Source: Carcharhinus longimanus (taxonomy: Eukaryota). Taken from it: DNA of 64,000 nucleotides. The translations under genes were made by a program, and so were the position numbers. Where the stretch lies: positions 18,874,118 through 18,938,117 of the forward strand of contig JASCQW010000148.1 of the NCBI GenBank assembly GCA_030264375.1. Direction: 5' to 3'. The notes below the pieces were generated by a model. That model was not told where the DNA came from. It searched no databases and saw only the letters and a list, made by a program, of their open reading frames with translations. Position 1 is the first letter of the stretch, and every line of letters starts with the position of its first letter. Shown here piece by piece: positions 24,401-39,400 of this stretch.

Positions 24401-27400
24401 TGGTGGTCCTACAATAATTAACCTTCCAGACTGGAGGTGTATGTTAGCACCAGATTTAGCGATTACTGTGCAAAGTCAGGCACTTTTGAATCACAGATAC
24501 AGATTATATGTTTGTGCTACATGGTTAGTGTAATTTCCATGCATGTGAAGTAAATACTTCTTTAAAAAAGCAACTAAAAAGCTCTGATGTGTAGTTTTTT
24601 TTTAAAGATATTCCTGTTTCATGCGGGTGTTATTTGTCTTTGTAGACCTCATTCACCATTCGTTATGTAAGGTAGGATCAGCCAACCTTGCATGGCCTGA
24701 AACCTTTCCTGTGCACCATCTTCTTTGTCTTTTTCTTGTTTATCTTTCTTCCTGAAGGAAATAGGAGCTAAAGAGAAAATATACCGTATTACAAAAACAA
24801 AATAACTTCATCGCATGCAGGATGAAGAAAATCATGGCTTTAACCAAACTTGTGGTGAAGTGTAATTGACAGCAATGAAGGTTTTAGTGTTAGATAACAT
24901 TATTTACACTATTATACTAGTTAAGCTGATATTCAGCATAAATGTTCAGTTGCATTTCTACCTGATAATTAACTGGATATACACGTCAGTACAGTTATTT
25001 TAGTAAACACTACCTCATTCAAAATTGCAATGTTTTTTTCTAAACTGAAAATTTTAAGTTGTGGATGACAAAGATTTTTAACTAATGCTAAGGATAACTT
25101 GTTTTTGGAAGTAAGCAAAACTGCAGAACATACTAAGTGTGAATTCTTTGTACCTGGACCCTAACAACTGAGAAGGGGCTGCTAACAATGGTATTAGGGG
25201 CATTACTGACTTTAGGTCGGAATAAGCCAAGTTACCGATACGAAAATCCAGTCAGTTGCACCCAAAATTCTTGGGAAAATCCCAGGCTGTTGATTTATAA
25301 ATGTGCCAAAGTAGTTGACAAGCAGTAAAACAAGGAATGCAAACAAGCAGCCTTTTCATTTTTACAGGTGAGAGTGAAACAAATCAAAATGCACTGAGCT
25401 GCCACAGGCAAATGCACAAGAAAGTGATATAGATATAGTTAAGCTAGAAAAAAGATTCTATGTTTCAAGATGCTGATAAATTCTGAAGTAAAAGAACTCT
25501 GGACCAGTTATTTATCTCATGTGCTGTGTCAAAAAATGAGAATAATCCCAAGACTGACCTTTAGGAATAGCAGACACAAATCGTTTCTTCCACCAGGATC
25601 TGCTACGATCTGACTTCTCATCATCGCTGTCCTTCCTATCCTCCCCCTGCACAAAAGGGATGCAAAAAGGTATTTGGGGGAAAATGGATTGAGGGATGTG
25701 AGAAACAAAGCAACACAAGGGATTTTTTGAAATTTGGAACCAGCCAAGACGAATCACAATTTGGTCAACTTATCTGTTTGTGAATGCAAATGTGTGGACT
25801 TACCACCACAGTTTTACATAATACGTACACAATTCTAGTTACATGTTTATAGTGCAGTTTAGTAAAGCTTTAGTTGACTTAATTTTCCACTATACTGCAG
25901 TTAATTCCTGAGTGTCAAGTTGTTTCTTTCCAAGGGTAAATGATTGCATCCAAATTTGAAGTCTTTGAAGTGGTTTTATTCCATATACCCATGTTCGCCA
26001 GCCAACGTCATTTTATGAGCACCCATCAGTGTTTATTGTATTACTTGAGTTTCCAATCAAAATTATGTTGTACAATGTAGAGTGCCTCAAATCCGGCTGT
26101 CCAAAAACTGGAGCTCTCCAGACATTTTTCTAATACTCCATGCATCCATTTTGAAAGTAAAATTTAAAATAACTTACCTAAACAATTTGGCTAGGCGCAT
26201 CACATTGGTGCAGTGTAGTTCCAAACTTGTTTACCAGCTTTGCTGCTTTTATATCCCATACTCCAAGCAATTCTTGACCTCACCCAACCCAGTTCAGCCC
26301 AAACTGCCCATGGTCCAAAGAGCCTGATCCAAAATCCGGCAATATCTGAAATCCAACAGTCTAGGCCCTGAGGTTGTCGGATTAAAGATATTGTCCCCAT
26401 ATTAGTAACATAAGGTGACTGAAAGAGTGTTGCATTTGTATACTGCTTCCTCATGCAATGAATTTCTTTGGTATCTTATAAAGAAGAAATATTCAACATA
26501 TGACATAATTAAATGACAAGTCCCAGTTGGAAAAATATTTGTTTGAAGTATCAAGGAATACTTAAACAGTGAGATTACACCTTACTAGGGAATCTTTGCT
26601 TGGTGATGAAGTTGGTCCAGGGGGTCCAGCTGGCGCTGCTCCAGCTGCAAATATTTCCTCATTCGCCATCCGTCTGATGCCTGGTGCATTCCATCCAGGA
26701 TCACTCATTGGTCGTCGAGATGACGAAACGATATCAGAGCTTCTGCTGCGCACTAGTCTTTCTGGAAAGGAATGTCTCTGTTTGAGCAGCTCAGCTTCAG
26801 TTTGGCAACATATGTGAGACCCAAAAGCTGGTAATCGGGCATCAGTGCCTCCTATTGCACCTTCCAGTATTGGAGGATCTGGTGGTGGGTGTGATGGTCT
26901 TGCATAGTGTACTTTCGGTCTGACTATTGACGGTATGTTTGAAGCTGTGAATTTTGGAAAAACAAAACAAAACATGAATCGCAGCTTACAGGTTGATCCA
27001 TGTAAACTAGGTTTGTCCAAACATCCAGATAAACAAAATGTCCGTTACGCATGAAATCAGAATGTACAAATAATGACATTCCTTGCTGAGGAATAGAGGG
27101 AAAACATTTCAGTATTCTAAATCTCATGTCAGAAACATACAATTTACTGAACATACAAATTTGTTAGGCAAATGTGGTCCACAGAATCACGGATGGATAG
27201 ACAAAGTAGGTGACCATTCAACTCGATTCTTTGAAAGAGCTATCCAACTAGTCTTACTCCCCTACTCTTTCCCCAGAGTTTCATACATATTTCCAAGTAT
27301 TTATCAAATTCTCCAAGTAACTATTCAATCTACCACCACCCTCACTATAGTTATTTTGCAGATTAGTATAATTTGCTGCTTAAAGGTTTCCACATCACTG

Positions 27401-30400
27401 GTTCATTTTTGTCAATGGTTGCACTGTGGTTAGCACTGCTGCCTCACAGCACCAAGGACTCGTGTTCGATTCCTGGCTTGGGTCATTGTGCGTGTGGAGT
27501 TTTTATGTTCTCAGTGGGTTTCCTCTGGGTGCTCCAGTTTCCTCCCACAGTCTCCCAATACTGGTTAGGTGCATTGGCCATTCTAAATTCTCTGTGTACC
27601 TGAAAAAGTACCAGAATGTGCGACAGGGGATTTTCACAGTAACTTCACTGCAGTGTTAATGTAAGCCTATTTGTGACACGAATAAACAAACTTTTAAAAA
27701 GCTTTAAACCCTAAAAACTTATGCTTGTGGGTTTCCTTCTGCCACTGGAAAGAGTTTTTCCCTTAGCTGCCCTTCATAATTGTGAACACTTTTCATCAAA
27801 TCTCCTGTTAAGCTTCTTTGCCTGAAGGGAAACACTACCAATTTTTCTTGCCTGTGTGTAACTTGCACCTTCCATCCTTAGTACCATTCTAGTCGACCTC
27901 TGTTATACCCTAAGGCCTTGACATCCTGAAGTGTCATTTTCATAATGATTTTCCTTTCCTTTCTTTTATATACTGCCTCTATTTATAAAGTGAAGGATCT
28001 TATATGCCTTCTCAACTTGTCCTGCCAGCTTCAAAAATATAGGTACACACACCCTCAGCTCTTTCTGTACCTATACACCTCAAGAATTATACCACTGGGT
28101 TTATTTCTTGCTTATTCATTCATAGGATGTAGGCATTGCTGGCAAGGCTAGCATTTATTGCACATCTCGAACTGTGCCTCAAGAAAGTAGCGGTGAGCCT
28201 TGAATACAATGAATGAGTGGTTTGAAGTTAAGAGTTAACCACATTGCTTTTGGGTCAGGAGTCACATATAGGTCAGACAAGGTAGGGACAGCAGATTTTC
28301 TTTCTTGAAAAGACATTAGTGAATCAGATGGGTTTTTAAACAATCCAATCAAGTCAATGTGACCATTACTTAGACCAGTTTTTATTGCAGATTTATTTAA
28401 TTCACTGAATTTACATTCCCTGCCTGCTGTGGTAAGATTTGAACTCGTGCCTCCAGATTATTAATGCAGGATTACTAGGCTGGTGGCATTACCACTTTTA
28501 TATTTATATTCCCATACTTGATTCTTCTTATCAAAATTTGTTACTTAACATTTCTCTGCGGTAAATTTTATCTGTCATATTCAGACCGTCCTTTTACCAG
28601 TTTATGTCCCTCTGAGGTCTGTTACCATCTCCCTCTGCATCTCTGAGCTCCATGTCATCTGTAAACTCCAAAATTATGCCCTTTATATCCAATGCCAAGT
28701 CATTCATATATATCAAAATGAGCAGTGATTCAAGTACTGAGTCCAGGAATATGGCACTATGCACTTTGCTCTGTTCTGGAAAAAAAACCTTTCACCACTG
28801 CTCTCTACTTATAAATGACCTAGGTGAGGGTGTAGAAGGATGGGTTAGTAAATTTGCAGACGACACTAAAGTCAGAGGAGTTGTCGACAGTGAGGATGGA
28901 CGTTACAGTTTGCAGAGGGACACAGATAAGCTGCAGAGCTGGGCTGAGAGGTGGCAAATGGAGTTTAATGTGGAAAAGTGTGAGGTGATTCACTTTGGAA
29001 NNNNNNNNNNNNNNNNNNNNNNNNNNNNNNNNNNNNNNNNNNNNNNNNNNNNNNNNNNNNNNNNNNNNNNNNNNNNNNNNNNNNNNNNNNNNNNNNNNNN
29101 TGGTGAGTACACTGTATTTCATCAAAGCCTCTGCTCCTAAGGTACAGACAGTAATCGCCATGTTTCCAACAATCAAATACTTTGAGCATTTGATGGTTAA
29201 AATCACTTTGGAAAAAGGAAATAACTGTACCGGAATAGAAACACAAGCTTGTACTAATTTGCTTGGTGTTGTACGGCCAAGGTTCCTCATCAGATCTTGT
29301 GACCAAAGGGTTCAGTTCTGTGAAACATCTAAGTCCAGTCTGCTAGTGATAGGAAGAAGATGTTAGGCATCTATTTCAGCAGATGTTGCCCAGTGAAGGG
29401 TAATGATGCCGTGCATCTGGGCCTAGGCAGCGCCGTAAGTATGAAACATATTTTAATCACCATTTTCAATGTTTTCCCATTATTTACTGAAGTAACAAGT
29501 AAAATGTTCCAACTGTTTCCCTGTTTATGTCGAGGTTGCTGCTAATTTCATTGCTCCTGGGAAAACATTATTAGGGAATTGTTAATAGCGCTGTCATAAC
29601 AGCAATGGCATAATTACCTCACTGTTCTAAAGCTTCAGCTCCTCCGTTTTATCAGACGATTCATTATAACATATTTTGACAGTTTATGGTGCTGAACTGT
29701 TGGAACTAGGACAAATGTGACTATACTTCACTGCGTTTGAGATGCAATCCTCAAAACATTTACAAAGTTGTGGATTATTTAGTGTTCTTTCGCTGCATTA
29801 GCTTAACCCCCTGCCCTTTCTTTTCTATCATAAGAGGAAAAATAAATCAATTCAAGCGAGGAAAGCCTTTTTTTCCCTTTAGGTTCCTTGCTGACCTTCA
29901 AATTCTTTTCCCCAACAAACTATTGGATTGTTTGGAGTGATACCCAACAGTTTAAAAAAAAACGCAAACAAGTTGGTAACTGTGGAGAATGATGAAACAA
30001 AGATACTTAACGTTGTTGAATGAATGACTCTAAGTATAGGAAAGACATTGATTGACAAACTGGAAACAGTACAAAGAAGATTTACGAGGATATTGCCAGG
30101 ACAGTGAGAGCCTTTTTCCTCAGATGGTGATGGCTAACACGAGGGGACATAGCTTTAAATTGAGGGGTGATAATTATAGGACGGATGTCAGAGGTAGGTT
30201 CTTTACTCAGAGGGTAGTAAGGGCGTGGAATGCCCTGCCTGCAGCAGTTGTGAACTCGCCAACTTTAAAGGGCGTTCAAATGGTCAGTGGATAGGCACAT
30301 GGATAACAGTGGAATAGTTTAGGTTAGAGGGTCATTAGATTGGTTCCACTGGTTGGCGCAACATCGAAGGCCGAAGGGCCTGTACTGCGCTGTAATGTTC

Positions 30401-33400
30401 CATGTTCTACTTTGTCCTTCAGCCAAATAAATTTCCATGAAGCTACAGAATATCAACCCTCCTATAATTAACCCTCTCTAATATTTCCATTTAACTTAAT
30501 TCAGTTTACTCAATTTTGCCCAGACAAATCACATCCATTACAAGTGGAATTCAGTACTTCTACTATTGATGAGAACGCTGAAGCCAAATCTATGCTTTAA
30601 TTATCTAAAGTCATGCTTGGTAGCTCATTTGAAAGGAAGTGTTATCAAAAGGAAAGGTTATAAAATGTCTACAGTACACTATTTCATAGTGAAATATCTA
30701 GAAGCAAACAATTATTTGGTTGAGGTCTTCATCAATGTACCAATCTGTATAACCTATTAAACAAGTACTGCCAATTTATATAAATCTTTTAATTATTATC
30801 TGAATAAATCATGTTTATAACACACTTTAATGATTTGCAAGCGGGATCTTAAATAAATATATTTCAACGGTTGTTGGTATGAAAGGGTGGGAGGAACTTT
30901 CGGAGACTTAGAAGTCAAGAAACCAGCAGATTTGGATGGATTGAGAAGGAGAAAATGTTGTTTCATATAAATGAATGCACAGGAAGATTTGGAAAGGAAT
31001 ATAGGGGCAGGGAAAAAAACAAATCACTAATTAGAGCTGTGTGGATTACCAAAGGCAACTCAATCCCCTTTTCAAATTATTAGATTTTGATGAATTGTAG
31101 ATTTCTGTACTTGTTGTTATTGCTGTCTTGTACACTATTGGAGCTATTTCACTAACAAGAGCGTGTCTTGGTTCCAGGAAATGTTATTTACAATTCTGGT
31201 TGCCATGCTACACTGTAGTAAGAAAATTCTAACTTTGAAGGAGGTATGGCAAATTATGACTAATTTGCCTGCGTTTAGGCACTTCAGCCACAAGGCAAAA
31301 TAGGTGAGCATTCAAATCAGAGATCTTATTAATGTATTCAGATCCGCTGCATCAAATGGTTCAAACTGAATTATAACGATGAGTTTATGTCAGCCACAAC
31401 TCTATAAAGGTAACACAAGTGGTGAACAAAACTGATCACCATTAATTATTTTAAAAACAGGGCAGTCAACGCATGAAACAGACTGTTCAAGGAAGTAACT
31501 TGAGCAGATTATATTGGTAAATTGGGAACACAATGGCATCTTGGTGTTGCCACTGGACTAGTAAACCAAAGATTCTGGGGCCCTGGGTTCAAATCCCACT
31601 GTGGCGGATGGTAAAATTTGAATTCAAGGGTAGTATGGTGGCACAATGGTTAACACTGCTGTCTTACAACGTGAGGGGCCCATGTTCGATTCCGGTCTTG
31701 AGTGACCGTGTGGAATTTGCATATTCTCCCTGTGTCTGTGTGGATTTTCTCAGATGTTCCAGTTTCCGCCCAGTGTCCTAAGATGTACAGGTTAGGTATA
31801 TTGGCTATGCTAAATTGTCTTAGTCTCCTAAGATGTCTAGGTTAGGCTAAATAAGTCAAGCGTCAGGTCAAGCCCAAGATGAGGGGCAATGCCTTCCCTT
31901 GTCAGGTAACTTGTATCTCTCTCTTTTGGGAACCATGAATTAGATTCAACTTGAATTTGGTTTTTGGAGCAAGCCAAGGAGATGGATTTAGGTGTGCATT
32001 GGCTTTGTAATTTTAAGAATGGAATAAAAATTAAAATCAGTTTGAAAATTCAATCAGTGCTCCTTTACTCCACATTCAATCAAGCAAAGAAAGGCCTGCC
32101 TTTGGGAAAGGCGCAAGAGATTCTAAAGGAGAAAAAAAAAACTTGAAACAGAAGCTGTACGTAATGAATTACAACTTTTCGCAAAGCATTTTCTATCTTT
32201 TCATTTTTAACGGATATGCTGATTATCCCTTGAAATTTCAAGGAGTTGGTGGAAGAGAAGAAAATTTTTAAAAACATACATTATAGAGGGAGGTGATGGA
32301 GCAATGACATTTTTCACTGGATTGGTAATCCAGAGATCCTGGGTAATGCTCTGGAAATCTGGGTTTGAATCCCACCAAGACAGACGGTGAACTTTGAATT
32401 CAATAAAAATCTGGAATTAAACATTTTATGATCATGAAACCATTGTCGATTGTCATTAAAACCCATCTGGTACGTTAACATCCTTTAATCTTACCTGGTC
32501 GGGCCTAAATGTGAATCTGGGTCCTCTGAAATGGTCACTCAGTTCAAGGGCAATCAGAGATGCACAATAAATGCTGGCCCAGAATTTAAAAAACCTTGTA
32601 ATTTATAGGTAGTTACACCAAGTTGTAGCTAATCTCTTTTCCAATGAAAATAAATTACTTCCAGTAAATCTGTAACTTTACAAGATGCACTGTACATAAT
32701 TTTAACCTACCATCAGAAGACAGTGGGTCAAACATTGCTAGCAACGCATCTGTCTGGGAAAGTGGAGAGGTCATCTGATGTGCACCTGAAAATCCACAAT
32801 GAAATGATGTACTATTATTATTACTACTACAAGTTAGATTACCTATCAAATTTATACAGCCGCTCAAGTTACACATTCTAAAGCATAATGAATGCTTTGA
32901 TAAATTACAGACTACATTGCAGATCAGGCCACTAATTCCATCTACGAACAGTCAATTAAGAACCACACATTCTGGTTTGGGAATTGTGAGGTGTATGTAT
33001 TTGCACTTGCAGTGTGATGTAGCAGGAGTATCCACACATTTCAAAATGCCCATAACTGAAGCTTGCACATCTGAAAAGTAAGTTCTGGTGCTTAGGATCA
33101 GTAAATTAACTTAACTTGAGGTGACACAAACCTTGCAACCTAACTGAACAGATTTTACCCAAAGCAGATAGGAGATTCAACAACGAATACATTTGAAGGT
33201 GTTTGACTGTTCACAATCTGAATATATGAGCAACTGTTAGCTATGTAAAATGTCCTTTTTAAACTCCTCTCCACCCATTCCCCATGAAGTCAGATTTCTA
33301 TTATTTCAATATTTTTACAATAGCTTTATATTTAAAACATACTTACCCTGTACAATTTCCTCCACATCGGGGCTTGTAACAGAATCTTTCCCTCCAAAAT

Positions 33401-36400
33401 CAGAGCTGCATTCTGACCGTATATCCTCCACCTTGTTGGGTATATCCTCTGAAGTTACACTGATGCCTGTTAAATAGTGTAAAAAGCCTAAAAGGCATTA
33501 ATTCTGGAATGTAAGTATTGTGATTGGACTTCATGAAGAAAATGTTACTCTAAACATTGCCACACTTTTTAGGAGGGACCATTTTAAACTTTTGCATAAT
33601 ATTTACTTGCATATCGAGAACAATCAATCACAATGTTCCATTATCCTGTACCTGATACAACACTGAGTCCAGGTGTACTGGGCCGAGAGCTCACTTCCCT
33701 CACATCAGTATCGTCAGATGTGCTCCCCAATCCTGAACAACTTTCCAGCTCCTGCAATCGCTCCTCCTGCTTCAAATCTGTGGCTTCTGAAAAGCAAGAC
33801 ACAATATTTTTATTGCAACTATGATACCATTTATCAGAAAATTATTCCAATAGTCTACAGGTCAGGTGATTCAAAAGGAGACAGTATCATTTTCATAAGG
33901 TCCCCCACCCAATCTGTGAAAAAATGTAGAACTTATTCGAGGAGACAAGTCGATGTAGAAACTTGTGACCTTGGATTTAATAATAATCTGATCAGGATTC
34001 CTTTATATTTGCTTCTGTTAACCGCTAATAGATTCCATAACATCAATACCTATAAGCAAAAGGTTAAGGCATGCGACTTAGCTGCAAATAACAGGCTCCA
34101 AATGCTGTAATGTAATGGTGTCCACAACATTATCCATGATTCCAATGTTTCTCTTCAGTTTAGCCAAATAGAATCTTGTTTAGAACAAGATACTTATTTT
34201 CATAATTGTAAATCAAACTACAGTTTTGAATTTTACATTGTTGTGTTCCTTAAATTCACTGTTTTACATTTTAACCTATACACACCTGGATATAGGAGTC
34301 ACAAACATGTGGTTTGCCACCTTTTAGACATGAGCATCTGTAGTTGTCATTATGCCAGATCTGTCTCTCTCCCAATGCAGTGTACTGAAGCCAATTTAAT
34401 TTAGATTAGGTAAAGGCATACAGCCATCTTATAATATGCTAATAACTAAATCAGTGCAAAATTTTAATTGGAATAAATTGCTTTCACATTTTCACAGCAA
34501 CATACACAGTGCATTGTTACTTCAGACAGTCTTCAACATAGAAACAGCAACCAGAGAAACATAAATCAATTCAAATCCACAATACAAAAAAATTGGCAAT
34601 TACAATTCTCAACCAGCACACACAAACACAGGATGGATAGTAGAAGACATAAATAGAGCTAAATAATCAGAGGTTCAAATCTAAAATCTCACAGCAAATT
34701 AGGATACTGTATCTGGAGTGCATTAATAGCCAGGGGAATGATTGCAATGATTTCTTTGTCTAATAATGGGAGGCTCGAAAAATATTGGGAAAAAAAATTG
34801 TATTATACTCACCCGAGTCACTTGGCAGAACTTCCACACTCCAAGCCTCACTTGTTGTCTCAGAGATTGTTGACCCTGTGCAGGGATCAAGTAATACTGA
34901 AGTCGAGCCTGGTAAACCAAGCAAACTACCCAGCATGTTTTCTGCTGCTGCACCTACAACACAAGGTATTATTTACTTAACCAGCATAATAATCAACAAT
35001 ATCTATCTTATTTAAATATCAGATATTGTGTTGAGGGTGTGTTGAACAACCTTTGAGAACATGAAAAGCTTATAGAAGTGGTTTACTGTTTTTTTCTTCA
35101 TAGTCATTTTATGATTTCTGTGGTCCTCTGAAAATTGCAGTATTGAAATCCCTACAAAGTATTCCCCCCATTTGTCACTTTTATGTATTTCACAAGTCAA
35201 TAGCATCAGCCATGTGAATTCGGAAATCTGCAGTGCTATTTTGTTCTCTTCTGTACACGTTATATTTTTAATTCACTTGGATCATCTGACATCAGCAGTG
35301 TAACTTGGATTAAGCACTGTACATACAAACAACTGCTGTATCATACCCAATATATTACAGTGAAGATAGAAGGGATGTTTCACAATCATTTACAACAGTA
35401 GTTCACTGAACGGGTGGAGGGCTGGGACTTTTCATCCACCACTGAGGTTGAACAATTCTAGAAAACCCCACCAAGTTCTAAAAACAAAATTATGAACAAA
35501 GATAGAAATATTTTAAACCAAAGGTGTGCAGGTTAGGTTGATTTGGCATGCTAAAGTAACCCCTGGCATCCAAAGACATGTAGATTAGGTGGATGTGCAG
35601 GGTTATGGGGATATGGCAGGGAGGTGGGCCTGGAAAAGATACTCTTTCAGCGAGTCACTACAGACTTGATGGACTGAATTGCCTCTTTTTGCACTGTAGG
35701 GATTTTATGACTTTCTTGCTGCAGGAGGAGAGATTAAATAAGCTAGGTCTGTATTCCCTAAAATTTAGAAGGATAAGATGATCTAATTGCAACATGTAAA
35801 ATTCTTATGGGGCTTGACAGGATAGATGCTTGGAGGATGTTTCCTGTGGCTGCAAAGTCTGGAATAAGGGGTTAGAGTTGCAGAATAAGGGGGTAGCTGT
35901 TTAGGAGCAACAGGAAAAATTTCTTCATTTGAGGCTGTGAATTTTTGAAATTCTCTCCTCAGGAGATCTGTGGATGCTCAGCTGTTGAATAAATTCAAGC
36001 CTAAGATTGATAGATATTTAGTCATTACAATAATTCAAATGAAGGACGGTGTAGCTGAGGTAGGTTGAAGATGGGCTTTCATTTCCTTAAATGGCTGTAA
36101 ATGCCTTATTCTTTCTATTACTTATGCTCTTTTATTCATTTTATTTCTGCAAATTTAAAAAAAATCTGTATTTTCTGCGTTCAAAGTTCAAGACATTTAT
36201 TTCACAATCTGACAACTATTATGTTTATAGGATCCTCTGGAAATCAAATGCTTTCGCATTTCTAGCATTCAGTTTTCAAAGGATGGCATATTTTCGATCC
36301 CATGATCCCAGATATCAATTTGGTGAATCTTTGTTGAACTTCCTCAAAGGCAAGTATGTTCTTCCTTAGATAAGGAGACTAAAACCTTTCACAGTACTAC

Positions 36401-39400
36401 AGATGTGGTCTCATCAACACTCTACACAATTGCAGTGTACAACTTGTATAGTCCAATCCCTTTGTAATGAAGGCTGATACACCATTTTATTTCCCCAATT
36501 GATTGCTATACCTGTATGTTGACTTTGTGATTACTCTGCAAAGACACTTCAGTCCCTCTGAATACATTTCCCAGTCGTTCAACATTTTAAAAATACTATT
36601 TTTCCTACCCAAGTAGGTGGCTTCAAGCTTCTTCACATTATATTCAATCTGTCACATTGTTCATTCACTTAACCTGTGTAAATCCTTTTGCAACTTGTTT
36701 CATCCTCACAGCTTGTTTCCCCTCTTAACTGCATCTTCAGCAAACCTGGTTACATTAGGCAAAGTCCCTTCATCTAAATCATTGATGCAGTTTTATCAAT
36801 GAAATACTAATACTTTTGGTACAGGCTTATTACAAGCTACAAATATAAAATTGCCCTGCTTATTACTATGCTGTTTTCTGCCAGTTCTACAATATTCAAT
36901 CCATGCTAATAGATTATGCCCAATCCCAAGAGCCATTATTCTGTCTAATAACCTCAGGCAGCACCTTACTAAAATTTTGAAAATCAAGTACATCACATCC
37001 ACTGGTTGTCCCTATCCACTCAATGACATCCTCAAAATTTTCTTAATAGATGTATCAAACATGATTCCGTTCCATAAATCAAGGGCAACTCTCCCCAGTT
37101 ACATGATTTTAAGACGTTCTAGCACATTTCCTCAAACATAGAAGAGAGATGAGATTGCCTGGCCTGGTTGTAGCATGACCCAATTCCACAGAGAACGCTA
37201 GTTGGTTTGGCCTCACCGTTTAAATTCTGAGTTACCTAAGACTATTCATCGGTTCTAACGCTGTTTTGGATATACAATATTTCAGTGTGCTCAGTCTGAA
37301 CCGGTGCAAATTCCATCTTCGTATCATGGCTCTGAATTGCAGCAGCTGCCAGATTTTTTTGCAACACTATTTACTCATACATTTTCAATAAAAGATCTGC
37401 TTTCAGCATCTTGAGCATTATTTTCAGGTCACCAGGAGCATTCCCAATTTAAAGCTTACTGAAGACAAATACAGGTATATGATTAAATGAGAGGCACAAC
37501 AAGATCTGAAACAATTAGAATTTATGCCTCATTATCATGGTAATCTTATCACTGGGATAATGAGGTATTAATGGAGATTTAATGTGCATCTCATAATGCT
37601 ATCCCTTAGAGAAACACATAAGGAAATTGCTGCAAATTCAGTTAATGATATAAGCATCCCAAAACACAATCTAAAAGCATGAAAAATGCTGGATGCAAAT
37701 GAGGAAGAACCAAGGTCAATCACACTGCAGGGATTTGGCAAATGACAGTTGTATTTTAATATGACGTTTTTAAAAAGTTACATTGAAAACTTTTCGTTAT
37801 TGTTCACGAATAAGATTGTACCAGCAGTAATATCGAGTTTTACGATTTAGAATGCATTAGTTTTCCTCCATTTGGAAGTACTACAGTGGCACAGCTGCAC
37901 AGCATGTCAATGTTTCAATACCGTATGCCACAAGTGGGAAGCTGTGCTGATGCCTGTTATTCCCTATGTAGGGAGTGAGCGGGTTGCAAGTAGGCAGGCA
38001 CTTAGGAGAAAAATAAATCTAAGGCAGTTGATGCATCACCCCCCCAGGCTACTTCCTGCAATCTGCTTGGGGAATTGGTCAAATGGAGTGGAGGGAATTG
38101 AATTTGGGTCATGTGGTACAGGGAAATTCAAACGTTAAGAACTTGTGTGCATACACACATCACACAGCTAACATGCGATATAGCCAATTAAATGCTTAAA
38201 TTTAAAATACGTAGGGAAATGTAGCCACCAATTTGCACATAGTAAACTCCCATAAGCAGCAATGAGATAATAGCCAGTTAATCTGATCAATGATATGAGG
38301 AGGACAAAACAGAACTCCCATCTTTTCCACAGATAGTGTCACAGATCCTTTAGGTCCTCCTGAGGGGGCAGATGAGATAACACTCTCATTTGACAGATGG
38401 CACCACCACAGTAACACTACCTTAGTAGTGATTTGACAAAATTGAGTAGCTTGCTGGGCCATTTTAGAGGGCATTTAGGAATCAACTACATTGTTCTGGT
38501 TCTAGAATCACATGTGGACCAGACCAGGTAAGGACAGCAGATATCCTTCCCTAAAGGACATCAGTAAACCAGATGGATTATTTTAATGTAGTTGACCTTG
38601 GTTTCATGGTTACCATTACTGAGACTAGGCCTTCAATTAAAGATATTCTAAATTTGCTGAGTCATGAATTTGGAACTCCCTCACTAACAGCACTATGGGC
38701 ATACCTACACCACATGAACTGAAGTGATTCAAGGTGGCAGCTCACCACTCTTAAGGGCAATTAGGGATAGGGAATAAAAGCAATCCCCCAAACCCACAGA
38801 AGAATAAATAATAAATAATCTTAGTACAGTCCTAATGTATCACTTCAGATTTTGTGCTCACTTTTTTACTCGAGACAAGACTGCTACTGTTGAACCAAGG
38901 CCGACACTAAACAAAGAACTAAATCACAGTTTAGGAAAATCTCTTCTTCGGCATGCTCTGGGAATGAGAGGTGTAACTGAATCAGATACGCAAGTTAACG
39001 GGGTTATAAAGGTAAGCCCCGCGACTTCAATTGGAAAGCTCCAGAATGATCACGTGGGTGTTGAGATCTCAAAACAAGTGCCTGAGTGCAAGAATCAAAT
39101 GAGCGGTGCCATGGGGAATAGTGCCACACAGCAGTGGGAAGTCGAGACCAGAGTGAGGACAGGTCACCAAGTGAGTTTGACATCTCCAATCAAAAAAACA
39201 GACCTGATCCAAGAACGCCAACCAACAGAGAATTCTGGTGGATGGATAACACAAATTCTACTGAAAACGTAAACAGATAATAAGCATAGATAACATTTAT
39301 ATTTATAATAAATTAAAACTTGGATTACACACTCCTTCCAATTCTGATTCTTGCAATAATGTTAGAATACACCAAATTCAACTTACTGAAAAATAGTATC

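Noticed and set aside
32786-32876. Open frame upstream of exon 32711-32785 (possible alternative acceptor at 32842)
   Set aside because: Low-complexity AT-rich sequence with a weak acceptor; probably chance.
38835-39272. 145-aa + strand ORF
   Set aside because: No recognisable protein or splice context; looks like a chance frame across a decayed LINE remnant.
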